From the NCBI RefSeq assembly GCF_000354175.2, contig NC_022349.1, positions 570,001-602,000 on the forward strand: a DNA stretch of 32,000 bases, written 5' to 3'. This DNA is from Vibrio alginolyticus NBRC 15630 = ATCC 17749. Its GTDB lineage: Bacteria; Pseudomonadota; Gammaproteobacteria; Enterobacterales; Vibrionaceae. The position numbers and the translations under genes were made by a program. The notes below the pieces were generated by a model, which worked only from the letters and a program-made list of their open reading frames with translations, was not told the origin of the DNA and did no database searches. Of this stretch, positions 25,071-32,000 are shown one piece after another; positions within the stretch are counted from its first letter, which is position 1; each line of letters starts with the position of its first letter.

Positions 25071-26141
25071 TTAGTGATCCGTTTCAATTTGATATTTTTG
25101 TAGCAATACGGGAATCACACTTTGCGCTGAGAAATCATCAATGATGGTTTGTCGAGCATTCTGGCGAATGAGTGATTGTTGCGCTTCACCAATCGACATC
25201 CAGTCATGAAGACATTTAGCAAGAGAGGGAATGTCTTCGACGATAAAACCATTTTTACCCGTTTGGATAATATCTGGAAGACGACCTACACGTAAGCTCA
25301 TCACGGCAATGCCTCTCGACATGGCTTCAAGCGCCGCCATTGGAAGCCCCTCATAACGAGAAGAGATGATAAGTACACTGATATTTTCCCAAACACCTTC
25401 CATATCGGTTTGATGGCCGAGGAAAGTCACGTTTGAAGGGGCAGTTTGATTAAGCGACTCTTTTTCTGGGCCATCACCGTACACACTAAACTGTAATGTT
25501 GGACAGAGCCTCGCTACCTCAATAAATTGATCGGCGCCTTTTTCCTGACTCAATCGGCCGACAAAAGCGATCTCCTGATAGTTGAGTTGACTGTTGGGAA
25601 TCGAAACAAAGTTATTCAGCAGTTCTGAAGAACAAAAAACTTTGCGCTGAATACTTGGACTGACAGCAAAGCAATGGTCAGATAGGCTGCCTGAGCTTCT
25701 ATCAAGCCAATCGTATAGCCATAGTTTCCCTGAGGACGATTCACCAGCATGATAAGTTGAAATCAAACGAGGAAACGTACGGGTGAGCAGTTTGGCGCAG
25801 CGCGACAAAATCGACGCTTTATAACCATGGGAGTGAACCACTGAGGGTTGGTGATTGGCGACGGCGCTTGTTAGGTGTTTAATTTTTAAAGCTTTATTGG
25901 GCTCGCCAGACAAATAGTTTAAGTAACTCACAGGGATCGCGGCTTCTTTTGCCTTCTGTACAATCTGAGCGGCTGGTGAATACTCAGTGGTTAGCACAAC
26001 TCGAGCTTTGTGTCCAAAGGCGATTAATCCCCGAGCTAGCTCGATAACGTGACTTTCAATGCCACCGAATAGACGGCTATCAAGCAAGATCCAAATTTCA
26101 CCAATGGCAGGTTTATCAAGATTGTTCGAGATTAATTTCAT
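25071..26141 (-). CDS. sypH: GT4-type glycosyltransferase, SypH-like
   Basis: IWILLDSRLFGGIESHVIELARGL at the N-terminus and SSRYEGLPMAALEAMSRGIAVMS (E-x7-E) near the C-terminus. Its start overlaps the 3' end of sypG by 26 nt. Confidence 0.85.
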   Translation of the reverse strand: MKLISNNLDKPAIGEIWILLDSRLFGGIESHVIELARGLIAFGHKARVVLTTEYSPAAQIVQKAKEAAIPVSYLNYLSGEPNKALKIKHLTSAVANHQPSVVHSHGYKASILSRCAKLLTRTFPRLISTYHAGESSSGKLWLYDWLDRSSGSLSDHCFAVSPSIQRKVFCSSELLNNFVSIPNSQLNYQEIAFVGRLSQEKGADQFIEVARLCPTLQFSVYGDGPEKESLNQTAPSNVTFLGHQTDMEGVWENISVLIISSRYEGLPMAALEAMSRGIAVMSLRVGRLPDIIQTGKNGFIVEDIPSLAKCLHDWMSIGEAQQSLIRQNARQTIIDDFSAQSVIPVLLQKYQIETDH

Positions 26142-27642
26142 CCGCTTCCCACGCTTGTTTTTTTCGGTAAACCGTAGATGGGCTTAACTCCAGCATGACA
26201 GCGGCGTTGAGGACGTTGCCATCACAGTACGCGATTGCGTTTTGAATTGCTTCACGCTCTACTTGCCACATAGGACGAATGGTTCCATCAGAGTTAAAGT
26301 ACGGTGAGGTAGCAGCAGAGGACGGTGTACCAGGCAGCTCCGCTGCGGTAATCGACGGTTCGACCGCAGAAGGTGAAAGTTCCTCAGTATAAACAGGTGG
26401 TGGTGTGATTGGTGCAATGTTTGCTGACTCTTGAGCAACATGCGCAGGCGTCGTTGTTTTCGTCACTTTAGACTTTTTAGTAAGTTGAGCGGGTAGGTGG
26501 CTCACCGTGACTTTTTCGTCGTTATTAAGCACCACAATGTTACGTATGATGTTTTGTAGTTGCCTTACATTACCCGGCCATTCGTAATGCTTGATGATAT
26601 GTTGAGCTTCGCTGTCGATTGTTGAGAATTTCTTTTTGTCCTGTTTGGCGTAAGTGGTCAAGAAGTGCTTGGCAAGCGTGACGATGTCACTTCCTCGTTC
26701 ACGTAATGGGGGCATATCGATAGGTATAACGTGCACACGGTAGTATAAGTCTTCACGAAAACGACCTTCTTCTACTTCTGTTAATGGATCTCGGTTGGTG
26801 GCACAAATGATTCTCACATCCACTTTCATTTCTCGAGTGCCACCAAGAGGAGTGTAAGTGCCCGTTTGTAGAAAGCGGAGCAACTTCTTTTGCATCTCAA
26901 GTTCCATTTCACATAGCTCATCAAGAAAAAGCGTACCACCATGTGCCAGCGTCGCCGCACCTTTTCGATCTGTTGTTGCTCCAGTAAAGGCCCCTTTAAC
27001 GTGACCAAAAATCTCACTTTCCATCAAATCTCGTGGAATAGCCCCACAGTTAATTGCAATAAAAGGCTTGTCTTTACGGTCGCTCTGGCGGTGGACGGCT
27101 TCAGCACAAACTTCTTTACCTGTGCCGCTTTCTCCCACAATAAACACACTGGCAGAAGTTGGCGCAACAGCATCAATGGTCTTGTATACCGCCTGCATCG
27201 GGAGGCTTGAACCGATGAATCCGTGATAGTTGTGGCGATCAAACTTGGACTGAATATTTTCCACCAAATCTTCCAATTTGGCGCGTTTAAGGTGCAATGC
27301 AACTGACGTTTTTAGGCGATCAGCGTTTATGGGCTTTTCTAAGAAATCTTCCGCACCTTTTTGAATTAGATTAACGGCTAAGTCGACGCTGCCGTGTGCC
27401 GTAGCAATAATAACGGACGTAGGAATGTCATTCTGGTTGATCCAATCCAGCACGTCTTCGCCAGACATGTCGGGCAGTTTCAAATCGAGAATGATGAGCT
27501 GAGGTTTGCTTCTTTCAATAAATTGAATCGCTTCGCGACCTGTCTCGACATGAAAAATGTCATAAGGTTCGTCTTTCACATACTGCTTATAAAGTATGGC
27601 TAGTGAAGTAGAGTCCTCTACCAGTAACACCCTTGGTCTCAT
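26116..27642 (-). CDS. sypG: sigma54-dependent response regulator (REC-AAA+-Fis HTH), SypG-like and LuxO-like
   Basis: The REC domain has LIILDLKLPDMSG. The AAA+ domain has GESGTGKE, the sigma54-contact loop GAFTGA, LFLDE and ATNRD. The C-terminal HTH is LELSPSTVYRKKQAW. The whole protein is colinear with LuxO as I recall it. Confidence 0.9.
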   Translation of the reverse strand: MRPRVLLVEDSTSLAILYKQYVKDEPYDIFHVETGREAIQFIERSKPQLIILDLKLPDMSGEDVLDWINQNDIPTSVIIATAHGSVDLAVNLIQKGAEDFLEKPINADRLKTSVALHLKRAKLEDLVENIQSKFDRHNYHGFIGSSLPMQAVYKTIDAVAPTSASVFIVGESGTGKEVCAEAVHRQSDRKDKPFIAINCGAIPRDLMESEIFGHVKGAFTGATTDRKGAATLAHGGTLFLDELCEMELEMQKKLLRFLQTGTYTPLGGTREMKVDVRIICATNRDPLTEVEEGRFREDLYYRVHVIPIDMPPLRERGSDIVTLAKHFLTTYAKQDKKKFSTIDSEAQHIIKHYEWPGNVRQLQNIIRNIVVLNNDEKVTVSHLPAQLTKKSKVTKTTTPAHVAQESANIAPITPPPVYTEELSPSAVEPSITAAELPGTPSSAATSPYFNSDGTIRPMWQVEREAIQNAIAYCDGNVLNAAVMLELSPSTVYRKKQAWEADEINLEQS

Positions 27643-27738
27643 AGTCCCATCCCAACGTAGTTTGTTTCATTTTTTATGATTTTTGTCAGCACTACTATTT
27701 GGCGTTATGAGTGGTTTATTGCTTTCTAGTGCTGAAAA

Positions 27739-27753
27739 TTCTCAATTTGAGAA
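27739..27753. promoter_or_regulatory. Fourth copy of the TTCTCA-att-TGAGAA palindrome, 97 bp upstream of the sypG ATG
   Basis: Perfect 6+6 inverted repeat. The 15-mer ATTCTCAATTTGAGA is identical to the copy upstream of sypP. I found no -24/-12 element at the 60-bp position used by the other three copies. Confidence 0.5.
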
Positions 27754-27898
27754 AGCGTTATTTAAGTATTAGCACAAGGTAGGAAATTTGCGAAAAATCC
27801 ATACTTTTTAATTGATTAAGTTATGCCCAAATAACTTCAAGGTGTGTGGCTTGGCGAGGGTGACTGAATTTGGAGCCTAAATTTCTGAGATGATGTCG

Positions 27899-27924
27899 GC
27901 ATCGCGCTTTATCAAACGCGATGC
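27899..27924 (-). other. Hairpin downstream of the Hpt gene (weak terminator candidate)
   Basis: GCATCGCG-(10 nt)-CGCGATGC, starting 26 nt after the Hpt stop. No U-tract follows it on the minus strand. Confidence 0.3.
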
Positions 27925-27949
27925 TTCGCTAGGGAGTAAGACACTGATG

Positions 27950-28330
27950 CTACTCAAACCCTTGAGCTTTTCGCTTTTCTAACGCATCAAACGATTCATT
28001 GGCGAGTTGAGGAAGTGTTTCACAAAGCTCCAATGCTTTTGGTATTTTTCCTTCGACACAGTACTTCTCAATCATTCTTGCTTGTCTTGAAAGCGTTCGA
28101 TTGCCTAGAGCGAGAGCAGAACTGCCCAGTGTGTGAACCTCGAACTCTAATGTTTGAAGGTCTTTTGTGCTTAATGCTTGCTCTATTTTCTCCATGCGAT
28201 CGCGTGACTCTTCGACATAGTGATCAATCAAGGTAGGGATGATTTCGGCGCACGTATCTTTGATCATTTGCTGAAGAATATTCTCATCCACTAATTCTTG
28301 CTCGATAGTCAATGTGTTATTTATCGTCAT
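27950..28330 (-). CDS. Stand-alone histidine phosphotransfer (Hpt) protein, LuxU-like
   Basis: This 126-aa all-helical protein carries EVHTLGSSALALGN, matching the Hpt phospho-His motif H-x-L-[KG]-[SG]-S-[AS]-x-x-x-G (LuxU has HALKSSAASFGA, as I recall). A GGGAG SD lies 11 nt after the sypD stop. Confidence 0.75.
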   Translation of the reverse strand: MTINNTLTIEQELVDENILQQMIKDTCAEIIPTLIDHYVEESRDRMEKIEQALSTKDLQTLEFEVHTLGSSALALGNRTLSRQARMIEKYCVEGKIPKALELCETLPQLANESFDALEKRKAQGFE

Positions 28331-28341
28331 AATAGCGCTCC

Positions 28342-29028
28342 CTATAACATAAACAGTTCGCTTTTTTTAATTTGCTGAGACAGTTTTTCTTTCCACTTTT
28401 TTGGTAAGAAACGCAGCTTGGAAACTTGGCGGATTAACTCATCTTTCAGGCTTGGTGTATGCTTCATGTTCAAGACAGAACCAATCAAGTTCGCATCGCT
28501 AGCATCGAGTAGCTTTTTGGCTTGCTCGAGCTGGGTTGCAGTCGTAGAACCATAATGCGCTACTAACAAAGTAGCATCACATACGCCAGCAATCACTTGA
28601 GGCGCAATATTGCTTCGGTTGACACTGAGAAGTGGTGATGTATCTATCACGACGCGCTCGTACTGCGTTAACCATTGTGCAATGTTTCGTTTCAGCATTG
28701 TTGGGTCTCGGTACGCTAACTGAGTGCTGGCGAGAGATGGAGCAGGGAGGCCGACTAAAGTTTGATGTGTATTCTCTCGTGTGATCAAATGGCCAACCTT
28801 CTCGTCATCATCAAATTCGTGAACAGTGTGATAAGCGGGTTTGAATAAGTTAAGGTCTACATACAAAGTATTGTGGCCTGCTAAAACCAAGCGCTCTGCA
28901 AGAGATGACGCCACGGAAGTGACACCATCTTCAGATTTACAACCCACAACACAAATCGTTTTGTGGCCTTTCTGTTCGCTCTGAAGATAAATTTGCTCAA
29001 TCTCAGCGTGAGTTGCAGGAATAGTCAT
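28342..29028 (-). CDS. sypD: BY-kinase-fold (MinD/ParA-like) ATPase-domain protein with a degenerate P-loop, SypD-like
   Basis: Colinear with CapB/Wzc-type kinase domains: VVIDTSP (Walker B) and LIGSVLN are conserved. However, Walker A reads SEDGVTS instead of GxGKS/T, and Walker A' reads VDLNL instead of DxD. There is no C-terminal Tyr cluster. The start overlaps the sypC stop (TAATG). Confidence 0.75.
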   Translation of the reverse strand: MTIPATHAEIEQIYLQSEQKGHKTICVVGCKSEDGVTSVASSLAERLVLAGHNTLYVDLNLFKPAYHTVHEFDDDEKVGHLITRENTHQTLVGLPAPSLASTQLAYRDPTMLKRNIAQWLTQYERVVIDTSPLLSVNRSNIAPQVIAGVCDATLLVAHYGSTTATQLEQAKKLLDASDANLIGSVLNMKHTPSLKDELIRQVSKLRFLPKKWKEKLSQQIKKSELFML

Positions 29029-31130
29029 TACAACGCTCCTATTAACACGATGGTTGTGGTGATTTGTAAAATATCTCTTAATCCGGCCCTCGCTTTTTCA
29101 ACAAAGCTTTCGTCTTTATGGGGAATGTAAATCGTGTCGCCTGCGCGAATAACTGGCAGCTCATAAATGTTGGCTGTTTTACTAAAGTTAACCAAATCAA
29201 ATGTTCGGGCTTGGCCTTGGCAGCAAGACATATTGACCACACTGATCTTTTCAAGGTAGGCATTGTCAGTTGGTCCTCCTGCTTCCGCTAACAGATCAAG
29301 CACAGTCATGTTGTCATTGAATACGTACCGCCCTGGGTCTCTTACTTCACCTAATACGCGTACCGTGGACTCTTTTGAACGATCTAACCAGTTTTTGTTT
29401 TTTTCTGGAATGTAAATGGTATCACCAGGACGAACGTGGGGCAGAATTGACTCATCGCCTGTTTCAAAGTACATCGATAAATTCAATTTACTCACTTTGG
29501 CATAACCTAGGCCTCGGTGTGTGACACGGATGTTGTGAATATCTGCATCCATTGTCGGTCCATCGGCGGCAGACAAAATATCCAGAAAATGCATATCTTC
29601 GGTGAAACGATAGCGCCCAGGTGCATTGATTTGCCCGAAAACGTATATCGATGCGTCAGAGCTTTGGCTTACCCATTGCGATTTATTATCGGATGGGTCG
29701 TCAGGCAATGCATGTACCCTTACTACTGTACCAGCGGAAACTTGAGGTAGGCTTGATGTTGGTGAGCCATCCAGAATGTATTGGTCTAAGTCAAATTGTG
29801 TCATTTGACCGTTATTGGCGACTTCAATTTTGGTGGTATCAGCTCGTCGAGTTGGGCCTCCAACGTGTGCAAGCAGATCAATCAAATCCATTTCGTCTGA
29901 CCACTCGATGCGTCCAGGGCGAACAACTTCTCCCATCACTGCGACCGCTCGACTAGGTGCTACTTTTAACCAAGACTTCTCATTGAAATCGGTTTTCTCC
30001 GGTACGAAAATCGCGTCTCCTGGTCCAACATTTGGTGGTCTGGCTGAAGATAGTCCTTCTGTATGCGCGGTAAGATCGAATTTGATGACTTTGCCATCGG
30101 CTTTTATAACGCGAATTTGGCGAGATTCTGCGTAGCGAGTGGGCCCGCCAGCGTTGGCGAGGATATCCATGAAGCTAGCGCCTTGCTTGCCTTCGTATGC
30201 CCCAGGATGGGCGACTTCACCCATCACGTAAACCACATTTGCACCTGCTTTGATTTCTTCTTCCTGTTTTGGGACAAAGATGGTGGCACCTGGCAGGATC
30301 TCCGGCAGTAGGCTTTGGTCTCCAGTATCAAGGTACTTTTTCAGGTTAAACATGGTTGGGTTATTGTTTGTTATCACGCGAATTTGCTCAACACTGGCAT
30401 ATCGTGTCACGCCGCCAGCTCGCATTACGACATCAACTAGCGTGGTGTTTGGCTTGTATGAGAACGAGCCAGGTGCGTTGACTTCACCAAAGACTTTGAT
30501 TGCACGAGCGGAATCTGCGCTGTCACCTGAATTCGCGAGTTTTGCTGCATCAAACTCTTGCTCAATATTCCCTACGAGTGGGGAAGCGGGGACAAATAAG
30601 ACATCCAGTGATTCTAGTTTTGGCAGCTGGCTATTGTCACCCGTATCAAGGAAGCGTTTGTAGTCAAATTCAATGTTTTTATTTCCACGTTTCACGATCA
30701 TTTTATCAAGCTGAGCCCCTGCGCGCAGGCCGCCAGCTTCGTACACAAACATTTGAATGTTGGACCCAGAAGGTAAGGTATATTCACCGGGTTTGACCAC
30801 GTAGCCTTGAACGGACACTAACAACTGTTGCTGTTTAATAAAAACTCGAGCGTTGTTAACGTCACGATAAACGGTCTTTAGCCTGTCGATAATCACGTCT
30901 TGGAGTTGTTGTTCATTGTAGCCGGCCACTAATACAGGGCCGACTTCTGGTAAATTAATTCGTCCACGACGATCGACCTGAAACCCTTGGTTTAACGACG
31001 CCTCTCCGGGTAAGTTAATCTGTATTAAATCACCGACCTTAACAGTATTGCTCTCATCCGCTATGGAAGAAGGTACCCACGCAACCAGACACAACAACAT
31101 TAAGAGGATAAATGGTTTCATCGTGTTCAT
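29028..31130 (-). CDS. sypC: Wza-like outer-membrane polysaccharide export protein with a Poly_export domain plus six SLBB-like repeats, SypC-like
   Basis: Signal peptide MNTMKPFILLMLLCLVAWVPSSIA. The Poly_export block is GDLIQINLPGE...VDRRGRINLPEVGPVLVAGYN. Six units of about 85 aa follow, of the form V-x-V-x-G-[EQ]-V-x-x-PG...AGGPT...I-x-V...GD-x-I-[FY]-[VI]-P. The C-terminus is a hydrophobic helix (ILQITTTIVLIGAL). Confidence 0.88.
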   Translation of the reverse strand: MNTMKPFILLMLLCLVAWVPSSIADESNTVKVGDLIQINLPGEASLNQGFQVDRRGRINLPEVGPVLVAGYNEQQLQDVIIDRLKTVYRDVNNARVFIKQQQLLVSVQGYVVKPGEYTLPSGSNIQMFVYEAGGLRAGAQLDKMIVKRGNKNIEFDYKRFLDTGDNSQLPKLESLDVLFVPASPLVGNIEQEFDAAKLANSGDSADSARAIKVFGEVNAPGSFSYKPNTTLVDVVMRAGGVTRYASVEQIRVITNNNPTMFNLKKYLDTGDQSLLPEILPGATIFVPKQEEEIKAGANVVYVMGEVAHPGAYEGKQGASFMDILANAGGPTRYAESRQIRVIKADGKVIKFDLTAHTEGLSSARPPNVGPGDAIFVPEKTDFNEKSWLKVAPSRAVAVMGEVVRPGRIEWSDEMDLIDLLAHVGGPTRRADTTKIEVANNGQMTQFDLDQYILDGSPTSSLPQVSAGTVVRVHALPDDPSDNKSQWVSQSSDASIYVFGQINAPGRYRFTEDMHFLDILSAADGPTMDADIHNIRVTHRGLGYAKVSKLNLSMYFETGDESILPHVRPGDTIYIPEKNKNWLDRSKESTVRVLGEVRDPGRYVFNDNMTVLDLLAEAGGPTDNAYLEKISVVNMSCCQGQARTFDLVNFSKTANIYELPVIRAGDTIYIPHKDESFVEKARAGLRDILQITTTIVLIGAL

Positions 31131-31993
31131 AGCGCGCCTCCTGCCGTTGAGTTGCGGTTTATTGAGGTATCGCTATCTGAATTAGGGCTAATAACCTCGA
31201 TGCTTACTCGACGATTAGTTAAACGCACGGCAGATGTTTCACCTTCATAGAGTGGCAGGTTATCTCCGACAGATTTGGTAGTGACTCTCTCTGAAGTGAT
31301 ACCAAATACGGTTAGGTAACGCTTTACTTGTTCCGCACGCGCTTGAGCAAGTTTCTGGTTGTAATCGGGTGTTCCAGTTGCATCCGCATGCCCCGTTACT
31401 ACAAGAGATAGGTTGGGGTGGTCACGTAAAATGTAGGCTGCTTCTGCCAAATGTCCCATGTACTTCGGGTTGATTTCTGCTGAATCGACAGCAAACTGGT
31501 TGTCGATATTAAGTAGTGCATAGATATCCGAGACTATGTTTAGGTCGCTACGTAGTGCTTCAATATCATCGGGCGGTGTGCAAGTGGTTTGGCTCAGTAC
31601 GTAGTCGAGTTGTTGTTCGAGCTGGTTTAAGCGTCGACGCTGAATCACAAGGTCGTTGGCAGCGTCGAGTAAAAGCCCACCTTCTAACTCGCGCGCAATT
31701 CTATTTTGTTTTTCAAGGGCCTGAACAACTGCCGCAGGAAAACACCAGCGCGCGCCCTCTTGGATTAGTGCGTCTAGATGTAACTTGGTCAGTTGCCAAT
31801 CAAACCTTAACCCATGTTCTGGACCTAAAGGCTCGTCAGGCATCACTGGGGAAAACTGATAATTCTCGATCGAGATATCTTGATAGCTTTCCGCCAAGCC
31901 ACCTTTCCCGTGTTCTGGGTAGTCAAACGACGAACAACCAAACATGCCGACAACAAGACCGCTTACTGCATATCGTCGTAAAAGATTTACCAT
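31127..31993 (-). CDS. sypB: OmpA-C-like peptidoglycan-binding lipoprotein, SypB-like
   Basis: A lipobox-like N-terminus (GLVVGMFGCSS) and a C-terminal OmpA-like domain (LVVTGHADATGTPDYNQKLAQARAEQVKRYL...NRRVSIEV). It has a 4-nt overlap with sypC. Confidence 0.85.
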   Translation of the reverse strand: MVNLLRRYAVSGLVVGMFGCSSFDYPEHGKGGLAESYQDISIENYQFSPVMPDEPLGPEHGLRFDWQLTKLHLDALIQEGARWCFPAAVVQALEKQNRIARELEGGLLLDAANDLVIQRRRLNQLEQQLDYVLSQTTCTPPDDIEALRSDLNIVSDIYALLNIDNQFAVDSAEINPKYMGHLAEAAYILRDHPNLSLVVTGHADATGTPDYNQKLAQARAEQVKRYLTVFGITSERVTTKSVGDNLPLYEGETSAVRLTNRRVSIEVISPNSDSDTSINRNSTAGGAL

Positions 31994-32000
31994 GCCAACC

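Noticed and set aside
27722-27737. Possible -24/-12 promoter CAGCACtagaaAGCA immediately next to the sypG-upstream palindrome
   Set aside because: It has AG instead of the invariant GG, and the GG-to-GC spacing is one base short. It also abuts the enhancer-like site directly instead of lying 60 bp away as at the other three promoters.
1-32000. Search for tRNA/rRNA genes, CRISPR arrays, IS elements or transposases, integrases, attachment-site direct repeats and toxin-antitoxin or defence gene pairs
   Set aside because: I saw none. There are no regularly spaced direct repeats, no cloverleaf-like segments in intergenic DNA, and no recombinase-like ORFs. The syp-like locus therefore shows no mobile-island boundary within this window.

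Overview
The window looks like chromosomal Vibrio DNA, probably from the Harveyi clade (V. parahaemolyticus-like). That call rests on gene content and synteny and is an inference. The left 13.9 kb (1-13.9 kb) holds housekeeping and envelope genes: a TerB-like protein, a PhoD-like phosphatase with a small acidic partner, a large MipA/OmpV-type outer-membrane protein, azoR, hrpA, two tandem small OM beta-barrel paralogs, a BCCT osmolyte transporter and a small P-loop protein. The right 18 kb (13.9-32 kb) is entirely on the minus strand. It is a syp-like (symbiosis polysaccharide) exopolysaccharide locus running sypB-C-D, an Hpt gene, then sypG-H-I-J-K-L-N-O-P-Q-R; sypA would lie beyond the right edge. 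Compared with the V. fischeri syp paradigm, sypE, sypF and sypM are absent, and a stand-alone LuxU-like Hpt gene sits where sypE/sypF would be. A TTCTCA-N3-TGAGAA palindrome occurs four times in the syp intergenic regions. Three copies lie 60-61 bp upstream of sigma54-type -24/-12 promoters (before sypI, sypN and sypP). The fourth lies upstream of sypG with no recognisable -24/-12 element. SypD looks like a BY-kinase-fold protein that has lost its Walker-A lysine and its tyrosine tail, and SypC carries six tandem SLBB-like repeats. I found no tRNA, rRNA, CRISPR array, IS element, integrase or phage gene. I see no system here that is clearly unprecedented. The most interesting material is the regulatory wiring of the syp-like locus.
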